IMG/VR virus record: IMGVR_UViG_2563366964_000009
Source: a virus
Taxonomy: Duplodnaviria; Heunggongvirae; Uroviricota; Caudoviricetes
Reading direction: 5' to 3' (one strand)
Length of the DNA: 30,303 nt
Below the pieces are notes generated by a model, which was not told where the DNA came from, made no database searches, and saw nothing but the letters and a program-made list of their open reading frames with translations. Numbering within the stretch: position 1 is the first letter of the stretch; each line of letters begins with the position of its first letter. The position numbers and the translations under genes are program-made. Below, in pieces: positions 17,692 through 27,578 of this stretch.

Positions 17692-18035
17692 CAGCGCGTT
17701 ATCTCGGAATGAATCGCAGTGATGGCCTGACTGTCACTGACCTTGAGCATATCAGCCAGAGTATCGGCGATATCCTGCGCACACCGGTCGGCTCACGGGT
17801 GATGCGTCGTGATTACGGCTCGTTGCTGGCGTCAATGATTGACCAGCCGCAGACCCCGGCGCTTGAGTTGCAGATTAAGGTCGCCTGTTACATGGCGGTG
17901 CTGAAATGGGAACCCCGCGTCACCCTGTCATCCGTCACCACTGAGCGCAGTTTTGACGGGCGAATGACGGTCACGTTAACCGGCCAGCACAACGAGACCG
18001 GCCAGCCACTTTCGTTAACCATCCCTGTGAGTTGA
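17688..18035 (+). CDS. W: Baseplate wedge protein W (gp25-like)
   Basis: 115 aa; start overlaps the V stop. Confidence 0.92.
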   Translation: MTARYLGMNRSDGLTVTDLEHISQSIGDILRTPVGSRVMRRDYGSLLASMIDQPQTPALELQIKVACYMAVLKWEPRVTLSSVTTERSFDGRMTVTLTGQHNETGQPLSLTIPVS

Positions 18036-18039
18036 AACC

Positions 18040-18948
18040 ATGCCGATTATCGACCTGAACCAGCTACCCGCACCGGATGTGGTCGAGGAGCTGGACTTTG
18101 AAACCATTCTTGCCGAACGCAAGGCGACACTGATTTCCCTTTACCCGGAAGACCAGCAGGAGGCGGTCGCCCGTACCCTGACGCTGGAATCTGAGCCTCT
18201 TGTCAAACTGCTGGAGGAAAATGCTTATCGTGAGCTTATCTGGCGTCAGCGTGTGAATGAGGCCGCACGGGCGGTGATGCTGGCCTGTGCTGCCGGTAAT
18301 GACCTTGATGTAATTGGTGCCAATTACAACACCACGCGCCTGATTATCACCCCGGCAGATGATTCGACCATTCCGCCGACACCGGCAGTGATGGAATCTG
18401 ACACAGATTATCGTCTGCGTATTCAGCAGGCTTTTGAGGGCTTAAGCGTCGCCGGGTCGGTGGGAGCCTATCAGTATCATGGTCGCAGTGCCGACGGGCG
18501 TGTCGCGGATATCTCTGTCACCAGTCCGTCTCCGGCCTGCGTCACCATCTCCGTGTTGTCACGTGAAAATAACGGCGTCGCATCCGAAGACCTGCTGGCC
18601 GTGGTGCGTAACGCCCTTAATGGTGAGGACGTCAGGCCGGTGGCCGACCGCGTGACCGTGCAGTCTGCCGCCATTGTTGAATACCAGATAAACGCCACGC
18701 TTTACCTTTACCCTGGTCCCGAAAGCGAACCCATTCGCGCTGCCGCCGTGAAAAAACTGGAAACGTATATCACGGCACAGCACCGGCTGGGGCGCGACAT
18801 CCGTCTGTCTGCCATTTATGCCGCTTTGCATGTGGAAGGTGTGCAGCGTGTCGAACTGGCTGCACCACTGGCCGACATCGTGCTCAACAATACGCAGGCG
18901 TCTTTCTGTACCGAATACCGCGTTGTGACCGGAGGCTCGGATGAGTGA
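18040..18948 (+). CDS. J: Baseplate protein J
   Basis: 302 aa resembling P2 gpJ. Confidence 0.93.
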   Translation: MPIIDLNQLPAPDVVEELDFETILAERKATLISLYPEDQQEAVARTLTLESEPLVKLLEENAYRELIWRQRVNEAARAVMLACAAGNDLDVIGANYNTTRLIITPADDSTIPPTPAVMESDTDYRLRIQQAFEGLSVAGSVGAYQYHGRSADGRVADISVTSPSPACVTISVLSRENNGVASEDLLAVVRNALNGEDVRPVADRVTVQSAAIVEYQINATLYLYPGPESEPIRAAAVKKLETYITAQHRLGRDIRLSAIYAALHVEGVQRVELAAPLADIVLNNTQASFCTEYRVVTGGSDE

Positions 18949-19552
18949 TTCGCGACTGCTGCCGACCGGCTCATCACCGCTTGAAGTTGCCGCCGCAAAA
19001 GCCTGTGCGGAAATTGAAAAAACGCCGGTCAGTATTCGTGAACTGTGGAACCCGGATACCTGCCAGGCAAATCTGCTGCCGTGGCTGGCGTGGTCATTTT
19101 CGGTTGACCGCTGGGATGATAAGTGGCCGGAAGCGACAAAACGCGCTGTTATCCGCGATGCGTATTTCATTCACTGTCATAAAGGCACTATAGGTGCAAT
19201 CCGGCGTGTGGTGGAGCCGCTCGGCTATCTGATTGAGGTGAGGGAGTGGTGGCAGCTCAACGAGGAGCCGGGGACGTTCCGTATCGTTGTTGGCGTGCTT
19301 GAGCAGGGTATTACCGAAGAAATGTATCAGGAGCTGGAGCGCCTCGTTGCTGATGCAAAACCGGCGAGCCGCCATCTGACGGGACTGGCTATCAGTTTAA
19401 GTACAACCGGCAACATTTTTGCCGGTGCGGGATGCTATCACGGCGACGCCCTGACGGTTTATCCCTACACCCCGGAGGCCATTATTGTCGGAGGGGATTA
19501 TTTCCCGGCCTCGGCCATTCATTTAATTGATAACCTGAGAGTAAACGCATGA
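18941..19552 (+). CDS. I: Baseplate protein I
   Basis: 203 aa; overlaps the J stop and the H start. Confidence 0.9.
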   Translation: MSDSRLLPTGSSPLEVAAAKACAEIEKTPVSIRELWNPDTCQANLLPWLAWSFSVDRWDDKWPEATKRAVIRDAYFIHCHKGTIGAIRRVVEPLGYLIEVREWWQLNEEPGTFRIVVGVLEQGITEEMYQELERLVADAKPASRHLTGLAISLSTTGNIFAGAGCYHGDALTVYPYTPEAIIVGGDYFPASAIHLIDNLRVNA

Positions 19553-20628
19553 CAGTGAAATACTACGCCATTCTGACTAATCAGGGCGCAGCACGGCTGG
19601 CTAACGCGACGATGCTCGGCAGTAAGCTGAATCTGACGCAAATGGCCGTTGGTGATGCGAATGGTGTCTTGCCGACACCAGACCCGGCACAGACAAAACT
19701 GATTAACCAGAAACGCATCGCGCCGCTGAATCTTCTGAGTGTTGACCCGAACAACCAGAGCCAGATTATTGCGGAGCAAATCATCCCTGAGAACGAGGGC
19801 GGATTCTGGATCCGTGAGATTGGGCTTTATGATGATGAAGGCGTACTCATTGCGGTGGCGAACTGCCCGGAAACGTACAAACCGCAGTTGCAGGAAGGCA
19901 GTGGTCGTACCCAGACTATCCGCATGATTCTGGTTGTCACGAATACCGAAGCTATCACGCTGAAAATCGACCCGTCGGTGGTACTGGCGACCCGTAAATA
20001 CGTGGATGATGAAGTCCTGGAATTAAGGCTGTATGTGGATGACCAGATGAGAAACCACATTGCCGCACAGGATCCTCATACCCAGTATGCGCAGAAACAT
20101 AATCCGACATTTACCGGAGAACCAAAAGCGCCGACGCCTGCCGCAGGAAATAACACCACGCGGATTGCGACCACTGCGTTTGTTCAGGCGGCTATTACCG
20201 CTCTGATTAACGGTGCGCCTGCCACGCTGGATACACTGAAAGAAATTGCCGCAGCCATTAACAATGACCCGAAATTCAGCACTACCATTAACAATGCGCT
20301 GGCAGGTAAACAACCGCTGGACAATACGCTGACTCATTTGAGTGGAAAGGATGTTGCCGGTCTTCTCGCATACCTTGGTTTGGGAGAAGGTGCTCCAGCT
20401 GTTGTGGTCCCGTTCGTTTATCCGACAGCGGCTATGCGAACAACTGCATTCGGCTCGGGATCCGTCATGCTACTTTTGGAATATATCGTGGAGTTTTTCA
20501 CTTCCTCAGATTACACGGCCCTGGTGATAAGGTTTCATTTGCCTGTACTATCTCCAGATCAGGCGAAGTTTTTTCGTAGTGGTAATTATGAGAAAGTTGA
20601 GGCAGGTCGGTGCAATTCAGCAAGCTAG
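19549..20628 (+). CDS. H: Tail fibre protein H: constant N-terminal part fused at the crossover site to an ~80-aa variable C-terminal cassette (current orientation)
   Basis: N-terminal ~270 aa resemble P2 gpH (...NTEAITLKIDPSVVLATRKYVDDE..., ...NNALAGKQP...); the crossover site 20363-20388 lies in frame (LLAYLGLGE); total 359 aa, much shorter than P2 H as recalled. Confidence 0.85.
   Translation: MTVKYYAILTNQGAARLANATMLGSKLNLTQMAVGDANGVLPTPDPAQTKLINQKRIAPLNLLSVDPNNQSQIIAEQIIPENEGGFWIREIGLYDDEGVLIAVANCPETYKPQLQEGSGRTQTIRMILVVTNTEAITLKIDPSVVLATRKYVDDEVLELRLYVDDQMRNHIAAQDPHTQYAQKHNPTFTGEPKAPTPAAGNNTTRIATTAFVQAAITALINGAPATLDTLKEIAAAINNDPKFSTTINNALAGKQPLDNTLTHLSGKDVAGLLAYLGLGEGAPAVVVPFVYPTAAMRTTAFGSGSVMLLLEYIVEFFTSSDYTALVIRFHLPVLSPDQAKFFRSGNYEKVEAGRCNSAS
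20363..20388. repeat. Invertase crossover site (gix/hix/pix-like), left copy
   Basis: TTCTCGCATACCTTGGTTTGGGAGAA, an imperfect 26-bp palindrome; matches the reverse complement of 22185-22210 at 21 of 26 positions, with the right 14 bp identical. Confidence 0.7.
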
Positions 20629-21944
20629 GTTGTGTCTACAAACTTTGCACATATCGGTGAGACAGCATGGGGTGTGGCAGGAAACGATATCTCCTATCAT
20701 GATGGCATCACTGGAATTCCGACAGGACGGTCGCAATGCAAAGTTATCTTTTAAGCGCTGAGAAATGTTGGTTTTTTCGTTTCTAGCTGAAAGCCAAATA
20801 TTGGAATTACGGTGCTGGGCACGGCGATAGAATCAAAATTGTTTTCACTGTTGACGGCGAGTCTACAGAGCCGGCCCCAGAACGAAGATTCTGATATGAT
20901 ACTGACACATTTGAGGATTGGGGCTGGTTTCCTGAATCTATTCATGAGGGCGAAATTGCCGCCGCCTGTCCCACTAGTCATGAATCTATTAATAACATCC
21001 ACGGAAGAGTAACCATAATGCAAGGGCCTGGAAGAACGCCGGTTGGTGGCCAGCGCGATGAGAAAGTTGAGCAATACAATAAGGGTCTGGATTTTCTAGA
21101 GGATTATAAACGTGTCGACACATACGGTGCTCTAACGATTGCATGGTCAACGCCATCGGAAGAACGGGACGGTTGGAATCCGGTGACATGTAGTTAGCTG
21201 TTACCGCCACCCGCTGTATATGATCCAGCAGGACATTAACACTGGCTGATTGTGGCTGCAATAGCTTCCATCAGTCTGATTCATTTAAATTAACAGGCCG
21301 GACGGAAGCCGACGCAGGATGAAACAACGCGTGGTACCGCGGTGCTGCAGCGTATTCACCGGGTGAATGCTACGCCTCCGAATATGGCGCCCAATTTTAT
21401 CTAGCCTGATTTGCGTGTGGCGTTGACCGTTCAATAGCGGGAGAACCGTAATTGATGGCCAGTATATATTCCACTGTATCATCCACCCCCAAATTGTATG
21501 GGTCCACATTCTCACCTCTAAGGTCATCATTAGCGCTCCATCCAGTACCTGGAAATACGGCCATGTTTCCCTGAACGTGTTCAACAAGTTCATGACTATT
21601 CAAACAGGCGGCGACACTTAGGTCCGCATGAGTTTATTCTTGAGACTCAACCCTTGACGGAATTCTGTCAGCAACGCATCTATATTATCGTTCTTCTGCT
21701 TCCATTGTAACTAGCGCATTATCATCAACAACAATTTTCATTACATCGCCCTCACATTAACCTTAATCCCGATATGTCGCGGTATGATCGAAACGGAATA
21801 ACGCCCTTTTCCCGGCGATTTAAATGTATAACTGCATCGTGACAATCCTGGCGGATTTTCGCCGAATCCGTATTGAAAGGAAATAGCGTGGGTTGCCACA
21901 CGGCATGCTTAACTAGTGAAATGATCAAAGTTTGCAGACTAAAC

Positions 21945-22210
21945 CTACCTTAATAATATGCAACCACCATCCGCACCTTTATCGTACACCCCGCTACCAG
22001 AGACATCCGCCTGGTCTTGGGATAGTACAAGGGAGTGTCCACTTTTAGACAGGGCAGAGTAACCTGTGAAAGAGCCATACGCCACATTATATCCCCAAGG
22101 CACCCTAAACCACCCCCAGTCAGAAACGATATTTGCCATTGCCGGGGTCGGACAAAAGACCGGGACCACATCCGTTGTAGCACCTTCTCCCAAACCAACG
22201 TTTATGAAAA
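21945..22210 (-). other. Promoterless alternative tail-fibre C-terminal cassette (would be fused to H after inversion)
   Basis: Minus-strand reading frame through the right crossover site encodes ...GLGEGATTDVVPVFCPTPAM..., homologous to the current H C-terminus (...GLGEGAPAVVVPFVYPTAAM...); stop at 21945-21947. Confidence 0.55.
22185..22210. repeat. Invertase crossover site, right copy (inverted)
   Basis: TTCTCCCAAACCAACGTTTATGAAAA; its reverse complement TTTTCATAAACGTTGGTTTGGGAGAA aligns with the left copy. Confidence 0.7.
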
Positions 22211-22259
22211 TGCAGAGATAACGGGCAACTGGCATCATCTCCGGTTTTTATTCAGGGGG

Positions 22260-22859
22260 ATGCTCATGCTTATTGGCTATGTACGCGTGTCAACAAATGA
22301 CCAGAACACGGAATTGCAGCGTAACGCGCTGGAGTGTGCAGGATGTGAGCTGATTTTTGAGGATAAAATCAGCGGTACGAAGTCCGACCGACCGGGACTG
22401 AAAAAACTGCTCAGAACATTATCAGCAGGTGACACTCTGGTAGTCTGGAAGCTGGACCGGCTGGGGCGTAGTATGCGGCATCTGGTCATTCTGGTTGAGG
22501 AGCTGCGCGAACGCGGCGTTAATTTTCGCAGCCTGACAGATGCTATTGATACCAGCACGCCGATGGGGCGTTTTTTCTTTCATGTGATGGGTGCCCTGGC
22601 TGAAATGGAGCGAGAACTCATTGTCGAGCGGACACGCGCCGGACTGGAAGCGGCCAGAGCCAAAGGGCGTATTGGTGGCAGACGTCCGAAGCTCACCGCG
22701 AGTGAGTGGGAACAGGCAGGACGGTTGCTGGCTGCGGGTGAATCACGTCAACGCGTGGCGCTGATTTTTGATATTGGCCTGTCCACGCTCTATAAAAAAT
22801 TCCCCTCATCAGCGGCAAAGAATAAATTGTGTCATCCCTTAGCCAACCGGGACAAATAG
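22260..22859 (+). CDS. Serine recombinase, DNA invertase of the Gin/Hin/Cin/Pin family (start at 22260 or 22266)
   Basis: MLIGYVRVSTNDQNTELQRNAL...GDTLVVWKLDRLGRSMRHL...RFFFHVMGALAEMERELIVERT is a textbook resolvase/invertase catalytic domain (catalytic Ser in YVRVST) with a C-terminal HTH (LSTLYKKF); the ORF-track extension 22035-22259 crosses the crossover site and is not coding for the invertase. Confidence 0.92.
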   Translation: MLMLIGYVRVSTNDQNTELQRNALECAGCELIFEDKISGTKSDRPGLKKLLRTLSAGDTLVVWKLDRLGRSMRHLVILVEELRERGVNFRSLTDAIDTSTPMGRFFFHVMGALAEMERELIVERTRAGLEAARAKGRIGGRRPKLTASEWEQAGRLLAAGESRQRVALIFDIGLSTLYKKFPSSAAKNKLCHPLANRDK

Positions 22860-22918
22860 CCTGACATCTCCGGCACAACTGAAAATAACACTCACCCATT
22901 AACCACGGAGTTAAACGG

Positions 22919-24109
22919 ATGAGTGACTATCATCACGGCGTGCAGGTGCTGGAGATTAACGACGGCACCCGCGTCATTTCCACCGTATCCACCGCCATTG
23001 TTGGCATGGTCTGCACGGCCAGCGATGCGGATGCGGAAACCTTCCCCGTCAATAAACCGGTGCTGATCACCAATGTGCAGAGCGCGATTGCAAAGGCCGG
23101 TAAAAAAGGCACGCTGGCGGCATCGTTGCAGGCCATCGCTGACCAGTCAAAACCGGTCACCGTTGTCGTGCGCGTGGAAGACGGAACCGGCGACGACGAA
23201 GAAACGAAACTCGCGCAGACCGTTTCCAATATCATCGGCACCACTGACGAAAACGGTCAGTACACCGGACTGAAAGCCCTGCTGGCGGCGGAGTCGGTAA
23301 CCGGTGTTAAACCGCGTATTCTCGGTGTGCCGGGACTGGATACCAAAGAGGTGGCTGTTGCACTGGCATCCGTCTGTCAGAAGCTGCGCGCTTTCGGGTA
23401 TATCAGCGCATGGGGCTGTAAAACCATTTCCGAGGTGAAAGCCTACCGCCAGAATTTCAGCCAGCGTGAGCTGATGGTCATCTGGCCGGATTTCCTCGCA
23501 TGGGATACGGTCACCAGTACCACCGCCACCGCGTATGCCACCGCCCGTGCGCTGGGTCTGCGCGCTAAAATCGACCAGGAGCAGGGCTGGCATAAAACGC
23601 TGTCCAACGTCGGGGTAAACGGTGTTACCGGCATCAGCGCCTCTGTATTCTGGGATTTGCAGGAGTCCGGCACCGATGCTGACCTGCTTAACGAGTCAGG
23701 CGTCACTACGCTGATTCGCCGCGACGGTTTCCGATTCTGGGGTAACCGTACCTGCTCTGATGACCCGCTGTTCCTCTTTGAAAACTACACCCGCACCGCG
23801 CAGGTGCTGGCCGACACGATGGCTGAGGCGCACATGTGGGCGGTGGACAAGCCCATCACCGCAACGCTGATTCGCGACATCGTTGACGGCATCAATGCCA
23901 AATTCCGTGAGCTGAAAACAAACGGCTATATCGTGGATGCGACCTGCTGGTTCAGCGAAGAATCCAACGATGCGGAAACCCTCAAGGCCGGAAAACTGTA
24001 TATCGACTACGACTATACCCCGGTGCCTCCTCTTGAAAACCTGACCCTGCGCCAGCGTATTACCGATAAATACCTGGCAAATCTGGTCACCTCGGTTAAC
24101 AGCAATTAA
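22919..24109 (+). CDS. FI: Tail sheath protein
   Basis: 396 aa resembling P2 gpFI. Confidence 0.95.
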   Translation: MSDYHHGVQVLEINDGTRVISTVSTAIVGMVCTASDADAETFPVNKPVLITNVQSAIAKAGKKGTLAASLQAIADQSKPVTVVVRVEDGTGDDEETKLAQTVSNIIGTTDENGQYTGLKALLAAESVTGVKPRILGVPGLDTKEVAVALASVCQKLRAFGYISAWGCKTISEVKAYRQNFSQRELMVIWPDFLAWDTVTSTTATAYATARALGLRAKIDQEQGWHKTLSNVGVNGVTGISASVFWDLQESGTDADLLNESGVTTLIRRDGFRFWGNRTCSDDPLFLFENYTRTAQVLADTMAEAHMWAVDKPITATLIRDIVDGINAKFRELKTNGYIVDATCWFSEESNDAETLKAGKLYIDYDYTPVPPLENLTLRQRITDKYLANLVTSVNSN

Positions 24110-24121
24110 GGAGCCTGACCG

Positions 24122-24640
24122 ATGGCAATGCCGCGCAAACTCAAGTTAATGAACGTCTTTCTGAACGGCTACAGCTATCAGGGCGTCGCGAAGTCCGTCA
24201 CGCTACCAAAACTGACCCGTAAGCTCGAAAACTATCGCGGTGCGGGAATGAACGGCAGCGCACCGGTAGACCTCGGCCTTGATGACGATGCGCTGTCAAT
24301 GGAGTGGTCGCTCGGTGGCTTCCCGGATTCGGTTATCTGGGAGCTTTACGCCGCAACCGGTGTGGATGCCGTGCCGATTCGTTTTGCAGGCTCTTACCAG
24401 CGCGACGATACCGGCGAAACGGTGGCCGTCGAAGTGGTCATGCGTGGACGTCAGAAAGAAATCGACACCGGCGAGGGTAAACAGGGAGAAGACACTGAGT
24501 CGAAAATCTCCGTGGTCTGCACCTATTTCCGGCTGACGATGGACGGTAAGGAGCTGGTCGAAATTGACACCATCAACATGATTGAGAAGGTGAACGGCGT
24601 CGACCGGCTGGAGCAACACCGCCGCAATATCGGCCTGTGA
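24122..24640 (+). CDS. FII: Tail tube protein
   Basis: 172 aa resembling P2 gpFII; AGGAG SD upstream. Confidence 0.95.
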   Translation: MAMPRKLKLMNVFLNGYSYQGVAKSVTLPKLTRKLENYRGAGMNGSAPVDLGLDDDALSMEWSLGGFPDSVIWELYAATGVDAVPIRFAGSYQRDDTGETVAVEVVMRGRQKEIDTGEGKQGEDTESKISVVCTYFRLTMDGKELVEIDTINMIEKVNGVDRLEQHRRNIGL

Positions 24641-24696
24641 TTTTCATCCGGTCAGCCTGGCTGACCGGTTAACCCCGATTCAGAAGTGAGAAAACC

Positions 24697-24972
24697 ATGA
24701 ACAAAGAAAACGTCATTACCCTGGATAATCCGGTTAAACGTGGTGAACAGGTTATCGAACAGGTCACGCTGATGAAACCCAATGCCGGGACGCTGCGCGG
24801 TGTCAGTCTGGCTGCGGTCGCAAACTCCGAAGTCGATGCACTGATTAAAGTGCTGCCGCGCATGACGGCACCGATGCTGACCGAGCAGGAGGTCGCCGCG
24901 CTGGAACTGCCTGACCTTGTGGCGCTGGCCGGTAAGGTGGTCGGTTTTTTGTCGCCGAACTCGGTGCAGTGA
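24697..24972 (+). CDS. E: Tail assembly chaperone E
   Basis: 91-aa ORF between the tube and tape-measure genes; ends ...VVGFLSPNSVQ. Confidence 0.9.
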   Translation: MNKENVITLDNPVKRGEQVIEQVTLMKPNAGTLRGVSLAAVANSEVDALIKVLPRMTAPMLTEQEVAALELPDLVALAGKVVGFLSPNSVQ

Positions 24973-25124
24973 CGTTTCCGAAAAATCTCTCGGTCGATGA
25001 CCTGATGGCGGATGTGGCAGTGATATTTCACTGGCCGCCATCAGAACTGTATCCCATGAGCCTGACCGAACTCATCACATGGCGCGAAAAGGCGCTCCGG
25101 CGAAGCGGAAACACGAATGAGTAA
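24697..25124 (+). CDS. E+E' fusion produced by programmed -1 ribosomal frameshift at the T-run 24945-24951
   Basis: Slippery run G-TTTTTT-G near the E 3' end; hand translation of the -1 frame gives ...VAEVTFPKNLSVDDLMADVAVIFHWPPSELYPMSLTELITWREKALRRSGNTNE*, ending at 25124 and overlapping the T start. Confidence 0.75.
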
Positions 25125-27564
25125 CAATGTAAAATTACAGGTATTGCTCAGGGCTGTTGACCAGGCATCCCGCCCGTTTAAATCCATCCGCACAGCGAGC
25201 AAGTCGCTGTCGGGGGATATCCGGGAAACACAAAAATCACTGCGCGAGCTGAACGGTCAGGCATCCCGTATTGAGGGATTCCGCAAGACCAGTGCACAGC
25301 TCGCCGTGACTGGTCATGCACTTGAAAAGGCTCGGCAGGAAGCAGAAGCCCTTGCCACACAGTTTAAAAACACCGAACGTCCGACCCGTGCTCAGGCGAA
25401 AGTGCTGGAATCCGCAAAGCGTGCGGCGGAGGACTTACAGGCGAAATATAACCGCCTGACGGATTCCGTTAAACGCCAGCAGCGGGAACTGGCCGCTGTG
25501 GGAATTAATACCCGCAATCTTGCACATGATGAGCAGGGACTGAAAAACCGTATCAGTGAAACCACCGCACAGCTTAACCGTCAGCGCGACGCGCTGGCGC
25601 GTGTCAGTGCGCAACAGGCAAAACTTAACGCAGTCAAACAGCGTTATCAGGCCGGAAAGGAGCTGGCCGGAAATATGGCCTCAGTAGGCGCTGCCGGTGT
25701 GGGGATTGCGGCGGCGGGAACGATGGCCGGAGTTAAGTTGCTGATGCCCGGTTATGAGTTTGCGCAGAAAAACTCAGAATTGCAGGCCGTGCTCGGAGTG
25801 GCAAAAGACTCCGCCGAAATGACCGCACTACGCAAACAGGCGCGCCAGCTCGGCGACAATACCGCCGCTTCGGCGGATGATGCGGCCGGTGCACAGATAA
25901 TCATCGCGAAAGCGGGTGGGGATGTTGATGCCATTCAGGCGGCAACGCCGGTCACGCTGAATATGGCGCTGGCGAACCGCCGCACGATGGAAGAAAACGC
26001 CGCCCTGCTGATGGGGATGAAATCCGCCTTTCAGCTTTCAAACGATAAGGTCGCTCATATCGGGGATGTTCTCTCCATGACGATGAACAAAACCGCCGCC
26101 GATTTTGACGGCATGAGCGATGCGCTGACCTATGCCGCACCTGTGGCAAAAAATGCCGGTGTCAGCATTGAAGAAACCGCCGCAATGGTCGGGGCGCTGC
26201 ATGATGCAAAAATCACAGGCTCAATGGCGGGGACGGGAAGCCGTGCCGTGTTAAGCCGCCTGCAGGCACCGACGGGAAAAGCATGGGATGCACTCAAAGA
26301 GCTTGGAGTGAAAACCTCAGACAGCAAGGGAAACACCCGGCCAATATTTACCATTCTGAAAGAAATGCAGGCCAGTTTTGAGAAAAACCGGCTCGGTACT
26401 GCCCAGCAGGCTGAATACATGAAAACCATTTTCGGGGAGGAAGCCAGCTCAGCCGCCGCCGTGCTGATGACTGCCGCCTCAACCGGAAAGCTGGACAAAC
26501 TGACCGCTGCGTTTAAAGCCTCAGACGGGAAGACCGCCGAGCTGGTAAATATCATGCAGGATAACCTCGGCGGTGACTTTAAGGAGTTTCAGTCTGCTTA
26601 TGAGGCGGTGGGGACTGACCTGTTTGACCAGCAGGAAGGCGCACTGCGTAATCTCACGCAGACGGCCACAAAGTATGTGTTAAAACTCGACGGCTGGATC
26701 AAGAAAAACAAATCACTGGCGTCAACCATCGGCCTCATTGTCGGTGGCGCACTGGCGCTTATTGGCATCATCGGTGCCATTGGTCTTGTCGCCTGGCCGG
26801 TTATCACCGGCATCAATGCCATCATCGCGGCAGCAGGCGCAATGGGGGCAATTTTCACGACGGTTGGCAGTGCCGTTATGACGGCCATCGGGGCGATTAG
26901 CTGGCCGGTAGTGGCCGTGGTGGCCGCGATTGTCGCCGGAGCGTTACTTATCCGTAAATACTGGGAGCCTGTCAGCGCATTCTTTGGCGGTGTGGTGGAA
27001 GGTCTGAAAGCGGCATTTGCGCCGGTGGGAGAACTGTTCACGCCACTGAAGCCGGTGTTTGACTGGCTGGGCGAAAAGTTACAGGCCGCGTGGCAGTGGT
27101 TTAAAAACCTGATTGCCCCGGTCAAAGCCACACAGGACACCCTGAACCGTTGCCGTGACACGGGCGTCATGTTCGGGCAGGCACTGGCTGACGCGCTGAT
27201 GCTGCCGCTTAATGCGTTCAACAAACTGCGCAGCGGTATTGACTGGGTACTGGAAAAACTCGGTGTTATCAACAAAGAGTCAGACACACTTGACCAGACC
27301 GCCGCCAGAACTCATGCCGCCACGTATGGCACCGGTGGTTATATTCCGGCGACCAGCTCTTATGCAGGTTATCAGGCTTATCAGCCGGTTACGGCACCGG
27401 CTGGCCGCTCTTATGTGGACCAGAGTAAAAACGAATATCACATCAGCCTGACGGGTGGTACTGCGCCGGGGACACAGCTTGACCGCCAGTTACAGGATGC
27501 GCTCGAAAAATACGAGCGGGATAAACGTGCGCGCGCTCGTGCCAGCATGATGCATGACGGTTAA
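25117..27564 (+). CDS. T: Tail tape measure protein
   Basis: 815 aa; coiled-coil-rich N-terminus and hydrophobic G/A-rich central segments typical of tape-measure proteins. Confidence 0.93.
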   Translation: MSNNVKLQVLLRAVDQASRPFKSIRTASKSLSGDIRETQKSLRELNGQASRIEGFRKTSAQLAVTGHALEKARQEAEALATQFKNTERPTRAQAKVLESAKRAAEDLQAKYNRLTDSVKRQQRELAAVGINTRNLAHDEQGLKNRISETTAQLNRQRDALARVSAQQAKLNAVKQRYQAGKELAGNMASVGAAGVGIAAAGTMAGVKLLMPGYEFAQKNSELQAVLGVAKDSAEMTALRKQARQLGDNTAASADDAAGAQIIIAKAGGDVDAIQAATPVTLNMALANRRTMEENAALLMGMKSAFQLSNDKVAHIGDVLSMTMNKTAADFDGMSDALTYAAPVAKNAGVSIEETAAMVGALHDAKITGSMAGTGSRAVLSRLQAPTGKAWDALKELGVKTSDSKGNTRPIFTILKEMQASFEKNRLGTAQQAEYMKTIFGEEASSAAAVLMTAASTGKLDKLTAAFKASDGKTAELVNIMQDNLGGDFKEFQSAYEAVGTDLFDQQEGALRNLTQTATKYVLKLDGWIKKNKSLASTIGLIVGGALALIGIIGAIGLVAWPVITGINAIIAAAGAMGAIFTTVGSAVMTAIGAISWPVVAVVAAIVAGALLIRKYWEPVSAFFGGVVEGLKAAFAPVGELFTPLKPVFDWLGEKLQAAWQWFKNLIAPVKATQDTLNRCRDTGVMFGQALADALMLPLNAFNKLRSGIDWVLEKLGVINKESDTLDQTAARTHAATYGTGGYIPATSSYAGYQAYQPVTAPAGRSYVDQSKNEYHISLTGGTAPGTQLDRQLQDALEKYERDKRARARASMMHDG

Positions 27565-27578
27565 GGAGGTGACGAAAA

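Larger units (their letters stand above)
20363..22210. mobile_element. Invertible tail-fibre host-range segment (G/C/P-segment-like), about 1.85 kb
   Basis: Bounded by inverted 26-bp crossover sites; a serine invertase gene lies immediately outside; the flanking coding sequence just inside the two sites is homologous in inverted orientation. Confidence 0.65.

Noticed and set aside
22035-22259. N-terminal extension of the invertase ORF
   Set aside because: The extension runs through the right crossover site and has no similarity to invertases; the conserved N-terminus MLIGYVRVST starts at 22260/22266.
22933-27287. Antisense ORFs inside FI and T (for example 22933-23244, 23147-23593, 26130-26555, 26598-27287)
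   Set aside because: Within well-supported sheath and tape-measure genes; typical GC-rich shadow frames.
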